IMG/VR virus record: IMGVR_UViG_3300037312_000757
DNA length: 64,000 nucleotides
Source: a virus
Taxonomy: Duplodnaviria > Heunggongvirae > Uroviricota > Caudoviricetes
Reading direction: 5' to 3' (one strand)
The notes under the pieces are model-generated. The model worked only from the letters and a program-made list of their open reading frames with translations, made no database searches and had not been told where the DNA came from. Of this stretch, positions 21,601-29,354 are shown piece by piece. A program made the translations under genes and the position numbers. The stretch's first letter is position 1, and every line of letters starts with the position of its first letter.

Positions 21601-23379
21601 AGCGTTCTGTTCGGTTTTGGTGGTGTAAATCAAATCGTTGAAGCCGATTACTTCGACGGTGACGGTTCTACAAAGGCGTTCACTCTGAAATCAGCTGTGA
21701 CTTACGCAAGCGATCTGTTTGTGACAATCGACGGTGTGATGACATCAGCATTTACCGCGTCAGGCACTACATTGACATTCACAACAGCACCAGCGGCTGG
21801 TACATTCGTGAAGGCAGTAGTTATGCCATCCATCTCATCCGGCGTGTCTGGTTTCAACGTTGTGAACGTCAAGGAAATCGACCTGGCAGCTCTGGGTGGT
21901 CCGTTGACCTTCACGGCGGCATTTGGTCTCACAAATCCACCAAGCGTTACTCAGTCAATCATTGAAGTAGATGGATTGCGTGTGTTGTCGGCTGGTGTGT
22001 ACGAAGCATTCATCACACCAGACAACAACACACTGGAGATGGAGGACGTTGAGTACGCGAACTTGTCAGCGACATTCAACGGCTCACCAATCACAATTGG
22101 TACAGACGTTGTCAAGTCATTGACAATCCCAGCAGCTACACGCTCAGTTTCACTTGGTGCAAACTGGGCAGCCAGCGACATGGTTGTGAAGATCAATGGT
22201 GTTGAGCAAGTAATCGGTTCAATCACAGGCACAGCACCAGGCTACAAGCTGTCAAATCTGAATCCAGCAGCCCCAGAACTGAACACTCAGATCCTGGTTG
22301 ACTGGGATGAGGATAACTGGGATAACGTTTCATTGTGGGATGATCCAACTCTGTACAACAAGTACACAATCACACCAGCAAATGCGACATTCGTTGCATA
22401 CCATGGCTACTTGATGAACTTGAACCCACAGGGTGCAGATATCACAGTCACAGTTTCCTTTGGTAATACGTTACCAAATGATCTGACTGACTACACTTGG
22501 ACTCCTGCGAATGCACAAGCAATCATGATGGGTAACGAAATCATGATGCTTGGTGATGTAAGTGGTGATTTGGTAGTGTACGATGCAGCGCAAGCTGACT
22601 TCAACTTTACAGATCCAATTGCACAGCAGTTCCCAGGTGCAAAACGCTTGACACTTACAACGTTCACCAACCCTGAAGTTATGGGAATCCACACAGTTAG
22701 CTATGATCACATCAGTGATAACTGGTTCCCAATTCCTGGTACATACCCAACCCCAGGTAGCATCTGGGTTACATTGAACGGCCGTAAGTTGCGTGAAGGT
22801 GCCGAATTCTACGTCACACCAGCTGACAATGGCTTCGATATCCCACAATGGGATTTCGACGCTCGTGACGAGATGTCAGAGTTTGGTCCACACAGCTTTG
22901 CAGTTCGTATGAATGAGGAAAATGGCATTTATGCAAATCCTGGTGATCACGTGATCATCACAACGTTCACAGGCACACAGGCTGAGGCTCCATACGACCA
23001 GATCATGTACTTGGATCCACTCCGCGAATACGGTATCAAGGACATCAACAAGGTCACAACTGGCTCAGACTACTATGCCCTGGCTGATAATGTGGATATC
23101 ACAACTACAGACATTGTGTTGAAGCGTGTTGCAACTGACGGTATGCCAAATATCGACTGGTTCAACGGCAATCGTGATACAGCTCATCCTGGGGTGATGA
23201 TGATCGACAAGGAAATTGTTCGATTCGTTCAGGCCACGGTGGATGAAAACGCCAACACAATTACATTGGTTGGCGTAGAACGTGGTTACCGTGGTTCCTC
23301 AATTCTGCCACACAATGCAGGTGGCGAAGTGATCGACCTAACGGCAGATCCGTATGTCAAGCCATTAGCACCGATCTAA
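12619..23379 (+). CDS. Giant (3586 aa) virion structural protein, probably a gp7-like baseplate wedge
   Basis: Follows gp6 by TAATG coupling; Thr/Asn/Trp-rich; YIDEVKPYHVKIR motif; repeated GDG(T/S)..FT small beta-domains. Confidence 0.7.
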   Translation: MAQRQFIKQLPVVQQTTTLQKFFNATVDQVFQPGQLQNVNAFIGRKPSYYNANTDFYKPEYDAERAFYQLEPTMVSADTSGVTQDLLFYMDVVNNLRYQGALVNNHERLFETDYYTWCPPINLDMLENYRNYYWLPDGPPIMTFDIPVNTYTGDGTKTVFTAPDSLPDSIVNVKVKVQGDYVTDFTYANGEVTFDTAPTAGQTIQIWTNGGFVANINGQTSYTYPGTVTAYAVEQKSVSETLQQDVPWDSEAWSTNDMITWEVQNYLDTQSIKYSYPTITLDPAPALVRGMLVEIKDDTWEHAWDVAAWDEDLWETNTALEVDVQKQNDEMVIEMIDQDPNLVRREDPQYWTIERRSVSENQWSLNNRWYHRDIIFYSGNEYSPAKAKRPILEFFNSIKLFNYGVNHLDDVDAIYDGVTFDVSTLTAGTRILVVNSTTTNVSDGTYFVGLNTSNVKTLIADASAIQYDIVKATNGVEYWFNGTKWIKAQAYGNQPPLFDLFDGNSTSVVDQSVYPASTFAGSAIFAYSQDTTGTTPTDSVLGIAPVFNTYGSFEFDNKLATDASDVPGLKYYAFTTSTSGVVNFDYESSWHYAGKTSQPIDSATGFYEIPQNLQANPNNDGITTISRNDWFPQFQQIMPENNWLWDSKYYNLNAGTNIVQNRGNLLKTMLMSSNKNIDVMKSMLYVEREYSRYRAKLSQYLTTMYNSGQITTTAAALTTALNYLKVTKTSTFSFFNNGMGGDNYYIPASGAYLGLTPLWKPELIIQNSSAGGCAVMLRGHDGSLLPGFSKYTTQNVTLTAQGIMVDGVEEELDLRDTILFAYEQMLYAACDSSLKAQRRPVFDIKTVQPGKFRTTDYSLTEFNTVATPIFERWVARGQKDYTTNKTYDPNNVWTWNLSQAKDADGQAIPGYWRGLYDYYFDTDRPDTHPWEMLGFTSKPTWWDIHYSWTDATKRAALIAAIVAGNVAEPPSTSIDPLFARAGFERFIPVDINGNLLDPFAAGIVIDTGDVTSYAGDWVFGDCGPVENSWWNSEYISFALSELSYLLKPVSFVESGWETLDNELTYPGQANQWVSKTLGRRKHFSDYVVHNEVVNKKTVQVIGLQQWISDYVKSNGQDITTTFGDHVRGLNVKLAHKVGAFTDSKTMQASTESQGVLPSENVTVELYNSPSTREEFYGGVIVKWTGNGWAVIGYDVLNPVFNIITPNTSGPKVTISLGEIATRAYPWAPNTFYQTGVQVTWQNATYECLKSHTSVATFEQEYWELVSSSAGTSPYLQFYTKAVPANTVTTVPYGTVFHTMQEVANFLAGYELYLKSRGWVFDGFDSSINEAKDFRIAVRQFLNWAQVTWAPGTFITLSPIADGVKFVTNHGAIQSVEQMVNGVYSILDRGGAYVDIKNTVVNRVNGQIVVSTKDGSGIYGLRISVTEIEHCILFDNTTIFNDVIYEPLFNLRQNRIRMNFNLSTNWNGTLNAPGFVLTDNLMVPSFDRSVEDVRNMFGIEQPVYSVMRDYARHQIGYQSRNYLADIFTNELNQFEFYQGMIQQKGSAGALDKLLRNTTLTQTTNLEFLEEWAFLNGNYGGVGQEKVVEFEISSENVKQEPQQINFKNADEGLTAEQLTALQDADSLTLDLYSNSTAYDTRWIYPPTSNAVFPELLDFTRHKGDLPTAGYVRTDEVTVATVDLSTLNTKVQAGTVNLSIGSRVWIYDNGKSTFDVLRADTAITGSDSNGNSLNGLVTANYVAEINGNIITLMYPTTIMAGEFMYISSPSNTSPDIGGVYTVESVSSDRLTVTLVETITVNNTFDSPGTFANSVVAEPNADAPSILRLYSVRFNESNGGSMASSMALSTLAANFSSAVKVPTGGFTTGECIYLDCGYEFANQDTYAMYQKRWAVFKWNGTAFVPYRSQAPRIDRTLINSVKLYDTTTALSSDSNQMQANPLLYPDVLPFDPVQGLIPGAAKREVFYMQEFDPARYNQGSNLSLGLEWDAAQVGRIWWNLNTSRFLLAETNDLTSLGDADKAAEIAYRVKNWGALAPDSEVDFYEWTESDVNPTDWMTNFNAGTTPATYDGPVFNSSNPSWVEKQVYNTSTGEYDTKFYFWVKNRQTTPDVGFRNISASAAADLIADPANNGIAWMAPVSSDTVIAAAISQYLTPTSSMQMRVRKNDAKVGKHSEWTLLRPGDALSLPSTGLFTNMVFSLAGINAQNDPIPNPNLYVTTRTGNDLRIGQSWFANLQGARKHLVEYLNNVFANLLLADERPYALTAMQKVQSDAQYLQWTQTEGSAYLEPIPNAALWKKQFASLQEFTKAYTNDATVSPGLIMNFSGTTPYWSVMTADQSGNVNFATLWDQQVSSLTELQALAGKLADGTKVLVTANSATANMWTLWSWNATTAKFDLITTQRYNTSDIFTVVDWYAKGYDETMVPSAVFATQAARQVALGAEPTIQYTKILDDGQGRWMWQTWSNGVWTTVAKENGTVQFNDNVWKNTGNSFDVTGSLPSNFATLVANRDMGYELNAMLNILRDNVLVASEENDLFFSMIKYLHTEQDFVDWCFKTSFMYIQGFNANLIASPIASIDYTSDLLAYIDEVKPYHVKIRNFISKYGVNDTANVHATDFDKPVYYDSAKGVYRVLDATNTADLAILSTNPTYKDWYNNWKNGNNQVRKIKATLTFDRVSIDSTDTNGGAINRLSQYWNGNATTQNGLKGIMKGVVFNGPVISGGNLAAPTLDPTTLTYKDSNGKLLATNAPSYVYFAQKFNTTDHLLPRPWDVADDHQQNYVWDDITFENWDAMDERVWSKLVQSGLTGQIYNAYEFEFTLEDMDVNNGHRIEVYRNGTRLSLINGDYIVLADDTLANSWKIYFKMSDLTDSDTVIIMVVQGDTYDEIINGGTFAATTYDEIISGSIFHDPTHQANHPEELVQVLVTAGVRIKISQRWTEGSASITAFESPLDMHLPVAPQSKQAIALYDNGVRVAQSDYAYDARNTAVTYSGSNNPTFLDSVLFGFGGVNQIVEADYFDGDGSTKAFTLKSAVTYASDLFVTIDGVMTSAFTASGTTLTFTTAPAAGTFVKAVVMPSISSGVSGFNVVNVKEIDLAALGGPLTFTAAFGLTNPPSVTQSIIEVDGLRVLSAGVYEAFITPDNNTLEMEDVEYANLSATFNGSPITIGTDVVKSLTIPAATRSVSLGANWAASDMVVKINGVEQVIGSITGTAPGYKLSNLNPAAPELNTQILVDWDEDNWDNVSLWDDPTLYNKYTITPANATFVAYHGYLMNLNPQGADITVTVSFGNTLPNDLTDYTWTPANAQAIMMGNEIMMLGDVSGDLVVYDAAQADFNFTDPIAQQFPGAKRLTLTTFTNPEVMGIHTVSYDHISDNWFPIPGTYPTPGSIWVTLNGRKLREGAEFYVTPADNGFDIPQWDFDARDEMSEFGPHSFAVRMNEENGIYANPGDHVIITTFTGTQAEAPYDQIMYLDPLREYGIKDINKVTTGSDYYALADNVDITTTDIVLKRVATDGMPNIDWFNGNRDTAHPGVMMIDKEIVRFVQATVDENANTITLVGVERGYRGSSILPHNAGGEVIDLTADPYVKPLAPI

Positions 23380-23391
23380 TGATGTTCTAGA

Positions 23392-23427
23392 GGTAGAAAA
23401 GGGGAGCTTTAGCTCCCCTTTTCTACC
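23392..23427 (+). terminator. Intrinsic terminator
   Basis: GGTAGAAAAGGGGAGC-TTTA-GCTCCCCTTTTCTACC perfect inverted repeat. Confidence 0.85.
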
Positions 23428-23501
23428 ATCCGAATATTGATAATCCTACCAAGTTTCGTTCTAATGGCTAATTATATTGGCATTTAATTCGTCTCATAAA
23501 T

Positions 23502-23672
23502 ATGGATACAGATAAAGATAAACAGACAATTGAGTCAGTAGATCCTGCTGGCGTACAAGCCACCGACCATTTACTGATTCGAGACGTGGATTCTGGCAAG
23601 GTACTGGTTAACATCAGGAATACAGCCAAGAATCTTCCCCTAGAGGATTCCGATTCAGATGAGCAAGCTTGA
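23502..23672 (+). CDS. Small 56-aa protein (not in ORF track)
   Basis: MDTDKDKQ...DHLLIRDVDSGKVLVNIRN...; resembles the N-terminus of the next protein (GHVLIRD...EVLVDKHN). Confidence 0.6.
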   Translation: MDTDKDKQTIESVDPAGVQATDHLLIRDVDSGKVLVNIRNTAKNLPLEDSDSDEQA

Positions 23673-24264
23673 TCAAGCAAATGTAGAAACTTTCGGTCAC
23701 GTACTGATCCGTGACATTACAGATCCAATGGATCCAGAAGTCCTCGTGGACAAACACAATGCAATCCACTACGAAAACTTCAGTAACGCTATCGCTCTAG
23801 CTATGGCAGACTTTTCTACTGGCGTAATCGAGGAAATGCATTTTGGTAATGGCGGTTCGGTTACTTCAGCTACTGGCACCATTAGCTATTACACCCCGAA
23901 TACAACCGGTTTGGATGCCGACCTGTACAACGATACGTATTTCAAGGTGGTAAACAACCGCAGTGCTAGATTTACTGACGATGCGTCCAAGACAAACGTT
24001 ACCACAAATCACATTACTGGTAATACCTACACGGATATCATCGTAACTTGCACATTGAATTATGGCGAACCATCAGGTCAAGATGCGTTCGACAACGCTA
24101 CACAAACCAACGCAACTTACACATTCGATGAACTTGGTTTGAAAACATACGATCCAAATACTGGCGTAAAACGCCTGTTGACTCATGTGATTTTCAACCC
24201 ATTCCAGAAATCCCTGAACCGTATCATCGAAGTCATTTACACCGTGCGAATCGCAATGGTCTAA
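23659..24264 (+). CDS. Virion structural protein (baseplate-associated)
   Basis: HNAIHYEN, FDELGL, LLTHVIFNPFQKSLNR motifs; structural-gene context. Confidence 0.65.
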   Translation: MSKLDQANVETFGHVLIRDITDPMDPEVLVDKHNAIHYENFSNAIALAMADFSTGVIEEMHFGNGGSVTSATGTISYYTPNTTGLDADLYNDTYFKVVNNRSARFTDDASKTNVTTNHITGNTYTDIIVTCTLNYGEPSGQDAFDNATQTNATYTFDELGLKTYDPNTGVKRLLTHVIFNPFQKSLNRIIEVIYTVRIAMV

Positions 24265-24282
24265 GAGTTAAAGTAGCTGTTA

Positions 24283-24289
24283 ATAAATA
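24283..24289 (+). promoter_or_regulatory. T4-like late promoter
   Basis: ATAAATA upstream of the fibre gene. Confidence 0.65.
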
Positions 24290-24317
24290 GAACAATAATA
24301 CGGATCCCGGAGTAATA

Positions 24318-25385
24318 ATGACAAACTACGTAGTCACTAATGACGTCAACGGCTCGTTCAACATTCCTGACGGCTCAATCAATACGTCACTGACCTCATT
24401 GAGCTTGCTCGGGCGTGGCGCGTCTGGTTATGGCCAGGCTGTGGCACAAAACACAATTTCGCAACTTTGCAACTTTGCAAGTGCTGTTCATCCAGCAAAC
24501 CCATTGAAGGGTCAAATCTGGTATGATTCAGGTAACAGTGTTATCAAATTCTACACCGGCTCATCAAATTGGGCGCAAGTAGCTCAAGTAACTGACCTGG
24601 CAAACTATGCACCACTAGCTGCATTCCAGCAAGCCCAAAGTGACATTTCTGCCCTTGAGACAAACTCTGCCACCAAGAGCGACCTGAGCAACTACTTGAC
24701 TGTTCAGCAGTATTACAACCCACCAGCAAACTCCCCACCACTCCCAATCTCAGGCGGTGGTACTGGTCTTACTGCAATTGGTACACCAGGCTATGTGCTG
24801 ACTGTTAATCCATCAGGTAACGGTTACATCTTCTCAGACCCAACAACGTTCGTTCCTTCATCCGCAAACTTCATGAAGGTAAACCAAACGAACTTGCCAT
24901 CTGCTGACAACACATACAACCTTGGTAGCTCATCATATCGCTACACCAGTGTTTACGCTGTGACATTTACTGGTAACGCAACATCAGCGAACTACGCTGA
25001 CTTGGCAGAACGTTACGAAGCAGATTGCGAACTGGAAGCGGGCGATGTGGTTATGCTTGGTGGCGCCAAGGAAATTACAAAAGCATCAGGTGCCTTCAGC
25101 ACAGAAGTGTTTGGCGTAATTTCAACAGCTCCAGCCTATATGATGAATGCTGAAGCAGGTTCAGACGAGACTCATCCTTTCGTTGCATTGGCTGGTCGTG
25201 TTCCGGTCAAGGTAATTGGTAAGGTCAAGAAGGGTCAACGTTTGGTTTCTTCAAGCTTTGCTGGTATTGCACAAGCTGCTGACATCAATGATATTCCAAA
25301 CAGCTTTGTCGTGATTGGTCGCGCATTGGCTGACAAGGAAACTGATGCTATTGGCATGGTAGAAATCACCGTAGGGGCAAAATAA
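24318..25385 (+). CDS. Short fibre/virion protein with a C-terminal intramolecular-chaperone-like domain
   Basis: GQIWYD and GGTG motifs; C-terminal YADLAERYEAD...GDVV...VALAGRVPVKV. Confidence 0.7.
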   Translation: MTNYVVTNDVNGSFNIPDGSINTSLTSLSLLGRGASGYGQAVAQNTISQLCNFASAVHPANPLKGQIWYDSGNSVIKFYTGSSNWAQVAQVTDLANYAPLAAFQQAQSDISALETNSATKSDLSNYLTVQQYYNPPANSPPLPISGGGTGLTAIGTPGYVLTVNPSGNGYIFSDPTTFVPSSANFMKVNQTNLPSADNTYNLGSSSYRYTSVYAVTFTGNATSANYADLAERYEADCELEAGDVVMLGGAKEITKASGAFSTEVFGVISTAPAYMMNAEAGSDETHPFVALAGRVPVKVIGKVKKGQRLVSSSFAGIAQAADINDIPNSFVVIGRALADKETDAIGMVEITVGAK

Positions 25386-26275
25386 TGGCAGTTTCAAAAG
25401 GCAATCCAATCACCGCTGCATACTTCAATTCGTTGCAGACGACGCTTGGTAACGTCATGGGTGCCGGTTCCGGAAACTCAGGTTGGGGCCAAACTGTCTC
25501 TAGCGCACAGCTTTCTGTTGGTACACAAATTAAGGCCTCTCATTGGAGCTCCCTTTACACTGATATCAACAAAGCCTGGCAACAGATTTTCGGCGTTAGT
25601 GTACCAGCTGCTTCTTGCCCGGTCATCACTGCTGGTACCGTGATCAGGGCATCTGATATTTCGCTGTATGAAAGCGCAATCACAAACGTCAATACAAACC
25701 GTTTGACAATCGCTGCCGGTAACTGGACAAGCTTTTCAGACCAATATCGTAACACACGTGCTTCAGCATGGGGTGGTGGTGGCAATACTGGTATCACTTG
25801 CACATTCAACGTGACATGGTCATCAGAAGATGCGGCTCGCTATTTTTTCAACAGCGGTGGTTCTGTTGCATTTGCGTTGGTTCACCCAAGCACAGCAACA
25901 ACACAGGATTCAAACTGGAACACCATGTTGACTAACGTTGGTAGTTTGAGTCTAGGTGCTGCTGGTTCCTGGCGTACTGGTACTCTTGGAACACTGAATA
26001 CCGCACTTGGCTATTACGGTTTGACAGGCACAGCAGCATCTTGGTTTACCGGTTCACATATTGGTACCGGTGCTTATGTGAACAACGACGCAACTATCAC
26101 GATGGCGAAGATCACAAATGGTTTCCAAGTGCATATTACTCTGCAGGATGAACACACAAATAGCTTCTATGATTCAGTTCAGGCTGGTACGTATGTTACC
26201 GTTGCTTATGGTAAAGCAACGGCTATTATGAGTGGTATTACATCGCCTGGTATTACGACGGTAACCAACTTCTAA
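25385..26275 (+). CDS. Virion structural/fibre-associated protein
   Basis: Thr/Ser/Gly-rich; GWGQ and ARYFFNSGG motifs; coupled to the fibre gene. Confidence 0.6.
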   Translation: MAVSKGNPITAAYFNSLQTTLGNVMGAGSGNSGWGQTVSSAQLSVGTQIKASHWSSLYTDINKAWQQIFGVSVPAASCPVITAGTVIRASDISLYESAITNVNTNRLTIAAGNWTSFSDQYRNTRASAWGGGGNTGITCTFNVTWSSEDAARYFFNSGGSVAFALVHPSTATTQDSNWNTMLTNVGSLSLGAAGSWRTGTLGTLNTALGYYGLTGTAASWFTGSHIGTGAYVNNDATITMAKITNGFQVHITLQDEHTNSFYDSVQAGTYVTVAYGKATAIMSGITSPGITTVTNF

Positions 26276-26280
26276 TCAAT

Positions 26281-26335
26281 TTGCAATCCTGAAACTCCAC
26301 TTGCTAGAATGGTGTTCATTTTAGAAGTGGAGTTT
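26281..26335 (+). promoter_or_regulatory. Sigma70-like promoter inside a hairpin whose 3' arm contains the RBS
   Basis: TTGCAA-N18-TAGAAT with extended TG; arms AAACTCCACTT/AAGTGGAGTTT. Confidence 0.55.
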
Positions 26336-26339
26336 TCTT

Positions 26340-26687
26340 ATGGATGATAGACTCGAAAAAGCACTTGAACATGGCAACTACAAGGTTACTGTGTTCCAAC
26401 AAAAACAGAATCTCAAGCTTCGCCTTGAGAATCTCCTCACATATGCCCATAACGGTGGCATCTTCAAGGTTTCTCAAGAACTGATTGGTTTCATTGATGC
26501 ATTACTGCGCAAGGAAGTGTCAGAAGTCGTACTCCTCGACTCACGCGAAAACCCAGTTAAGATTGCAAGCCTCCAGGACTTTTATGACGAAGTCCTGAGT
26601 CTGTACTTCGAAGCTACAAATGAATATCATTTGGCATATGAAGAACTACGTAAAGCTCGTAATGTAAAGAAGGCAACCGGTCAATGA
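26340..26687 (+). CDS. Hypothetical protein heading the tailoring-enzyme island
   Basis: ORF with GGAG RBS, coupled to the next gene. Confidence 0.75.
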   Translation: MDDRLEKALEHGNYKVTVFQQKQNLKLRLENLLTYAHNGGIFKVSQELIGFIDALLRKEVSEVVLLDSRENPVKIASLQDFYDEVLSLYFEATNEYHLAYEELRKARNVKKATGQ

Positions 26688-27577
26688 GCAAAGGTTTCCT
26701 AATCTTCGCCCACAACAACGAAGAAGTCGACTACGGTAAGATCGCTGTTTGTTGCAGCTTGATGCTCAAAGCTCACTGCAAGAACAATGACGTCTGCTTG
26801 GTGACCGATCAGGGGACTATTGACTGGTTGAAACAAAGCCTTGGAAGCGATATGGTCAACTATGCGTTCCAGCATGTTCGAGTACTCGACTATAAAGTAG
26901 TCAAAGCCATTCAAGCACAACGGCGCTTCCGTGACTCGATGAGTACTGAGAAGTCACTGACTTGGCTGAACTCAACCAGAAGCTCGGCATACGAAATGTC
27001 TCCATTTGATGAGACAATCATGATCGACAGCGACTTGCTGGTGCAAGACAATTCCTTTGACCTGGTTTGGGGTAATGACGAAGACATTCTCATCAATCGT
27101 GATGTTTTGACTCTCGAATACAAACGACCAGCCATCAATGAGATTCGACTCGATAGCATGGGCATTCCAATGTATTGGGCAACTCAGGTGTATTTCCGTA
27201 AGGGCGATCGAGCAAAGCAACTGTTCGATCTGGTTGATCATATTCGTGAGCGCTACGATTACTATCAATACGTGTACGAGTTTCCTGGCAAACTGTTCCG
27301 TAATGACTACGCATTCAGTATTGCCATTCACATCATGAATGGATTTCTCGAGAACAACGAGATCAAGAGCTTTCCATCAAGCAATATTCTGTCAAGCTTC
27401 GACTGCGATGAGCTTATCGATGTGAAAAAGGGCGCGTTGACATTCTTGGTGAATAGTGCAGAAGAACGCTGGCGTTACACACTGAATAATGTGAAAGGCA
27501 TCACTGTTCACACGATGAACAAATATTCAATCCTCCGTAAGGCAGATGAAATCATTGAGATTTACGGACCAAAGTAA
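26684..27577 (+). CDS. GT-A fold glycosyltransferase-like protein
   Basis: SPFDETIMIDSD DxD motif; FRNDYAFS. Confidence 0.7.
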   Translation: MSKGFLIFAHNNEEVDYGKIAVCCSLMLKAHCKNNDVCLVTDQGTIDWLKQSLGSDMVNYAFQHVRVLDYKVVKAIQAQRRFRDSMSTEKSLTWLNSTRSSAYEMSPFDETIMIDSDLLVQDNSFDLVWGNDEDILINRDVLTLEYKRPAINEIRLDSMGIPMYWATQVYFRKGDRAKQLFDLVDHIRERYDYYQYVYEFPGKLFRNDYAFSIAIHIMNGFLENNEIKSFPSSNILSSFDCDELIDVKKGALTFLVNSAEERWRYTLNNVKGITVHTMNKYSILRKADEIIEIYGPK

Positions 27578-28440
27578 TGACAAGAGAATTTAAACGAGAG
27601 CGTGGCTTCTTTACTTTTGCACAGAATGGTAAGCATGACTATGTCCGCATGGCATATGCTTTGGCTCTAAGCTTGAAAGCTACTCAACAGGAAGTTCCAT
27701 ATCTTGCACTTGGTATCACACCAGGTTACAAGGTTCCTCGTCATTACAAATGGGCATTCGATGAAATCATCGAAATTCCTTGGGGTGATGGTGCTGCAGA
27801 TTCCGAATGGAAGCTGCAAAACGAATGGAAGGCTTATCACATGACACCATATCGTGAGACAATCAAGCTTGACTGCGACATGCTGTTCCTCCAAAACATC
27901 GATAATTGGTGGGAGACACTGTCAACTCAAGAGGTATATGCTGCCACTACCTCATTGACGTTTCGTGGGGAAGTCGTGACTAGCGACTACTACCGAAAGA
28001 CGTTCACCGCAAACAAGCTACCAAACGTCTATACGGCATTCATGTACTTCAAGTACAGTGACTTGGCTCAGGAACTGTTTGAGATGGCCGAGATCATCTA
28101 TTACAACTGGGAGAAGTTCTTCTTCGAGTTTCTCGAAGAGCCACGTCCACACGAAGTATCAACCGACGTTGTGTTCGCTCTGGCTATGCGTCTCATCGGA
28201 CGTGAAGAGGAATGTGTTGGTGTTGGCCAGTTTCCAAACTTTGTCCATATGAAGTCAAAGCTTCAGAATTGGGACGACAATAAAGTATCAGAAGATTGGA
28301 CCAAGCACATTGGTGTTTACTTCACCGATGAACTCGAATTGAAGATTGGTCGTTATCGCCAACTCGCACCTGTGCATTATCATGACAAGGCGTTCCTCAC
28401 TGACGAAATGATCGAGTTGTATGAGGCAAAGTTGAAATGA
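27577..28440 (+). CDS. GT-A fold glycosyltransferase-like protein (paralog of the previous gene)
   Basis: TPYRETIKLDCD DxD motif; FVHMK; HYH. Confidence 0.7.
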   Translation: MTREFKRERGFFTFAQNGKHDYVRMAYALALSLKATQQEVPYLALGITPGYKVPRHYKWAFDEIIEIPWGDGAADSEWKLQNEWKAYHMTPYRETIKLDCDMLFLQNIDNWWETLSTQEVYAATTSLTFRGEVVTSDYYRKTFTANKLPNVYTAFMYFKYSDLAQELFEMAEIIYYNWEKFFFEFLEEPRPHEVSTDVVFALAMRLIGREEECVGVGQFPNFVHMKSKLQNWDDNKVSEDWTKHIGVYFTDELELKIGRYRQLAPVHYHDKAFLTDEMIELYEAKLK

Positions 28441-29354
28441 GAAAGTTTTACGCGCACTTCGATCACGAAACTGGAAAGATTTTCTCTGTCGGTCCTGTAG
28501 CGGATAACGATGTTTATCCTGATGCAGAATATATGGAAATGGATGAGGAAACGGCAATGAAGTTTCTTCGCCATGAACGTAGCATGATGGACTGGTTCAT
28601 AGACAAGAGCGGTGATAAGCATATCCTGGTCCAAAACTATCTGAATGTGCCACCAGAGAATCCAGGTGTATTGTTCGAAGTCCCGAGGCTCGGCAAAGTA
28701 GTCCTTCAAGGCATTCAAATCAAGCTGTCAGTTCCAGATGACATCATAGAATTTTCAATCCCCGAACGTAGTAAGGGACAACAACTTGATGCTATCAAGG
28801 AAAAAACGATGACGTTTGTTCTAACCAAACGTAACGATCCCACCTATGTGGTTGGTGAATTTGTTGTGTCGATCTCTGAATTGATAGCGAAGGGTCGATT
28901 GATGTTTCCCACAACTTGTGACCTCAATGATTATTCGCTGTTCACCAAACGAGTGTTCTTGAACTACCAATTCGAAGTATCACACAGCGGACGTGGCATG
29001 TCATTCCGCAGTGATACCATGAAGATCAACAAGATGGTGTCATACACTTCTAAGCCAGTAAAGAAAGGCATTGTTGCTTCATATGATGAAGATACGCATA
29101 CATTGAACTTTAATCTGGTTGGTAAGACAAAACTGTGGTGGCCAGACAATGCTATGTGTCCAGTATTCCTGACAAAGCCACGTGACCCCACAATCGTCTA
29201 CCACAAACTAATGATCGACGTCGAATCATTTTGGGAAAACAAGAAGATTAGTTTACAATTACCGAAAGACATACATAGTGAATTTGGCTTGGCTGGATAT
29301 CCGCTTGCCGACACTATGGCATTCGTAAGAGTAAACAATGACACAAGTTCGTGA
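28437..29354 (+). CDS. Hypothetical protein with an internal duplication
   Basis: FVLTKRNDPT and VFLTKPRDPT repeated motif; operonic coupling. Confidence 0.7.
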   Translation: MRKFYAHFDHETGKIFSVGPVADNDVYPDAEYMEMDEETAMKFLRHERSMMDWFIDKSGDKHILVQNYLNVPPENPGVLFEVPRLGKVVLQGIQIKLSVPDDIIEFSIPERSKGQQLDAIKEKTMTFVLTKRNDPTYVVGEFVVSISELIAKGRLMFPTTCDLNDYSLFTKRVFLNYQFEVSHSGRGMSFRSDTMKINKMVSYTSKPVKKGIVASYDEDTHTLNFNLVGKTKLWWPDNAMCPVFLTKPRDPTIVYHKLMIDVESFWENKKISLQLPKDIHSEFGLAGYPLADTMAFVRVNNDTSS

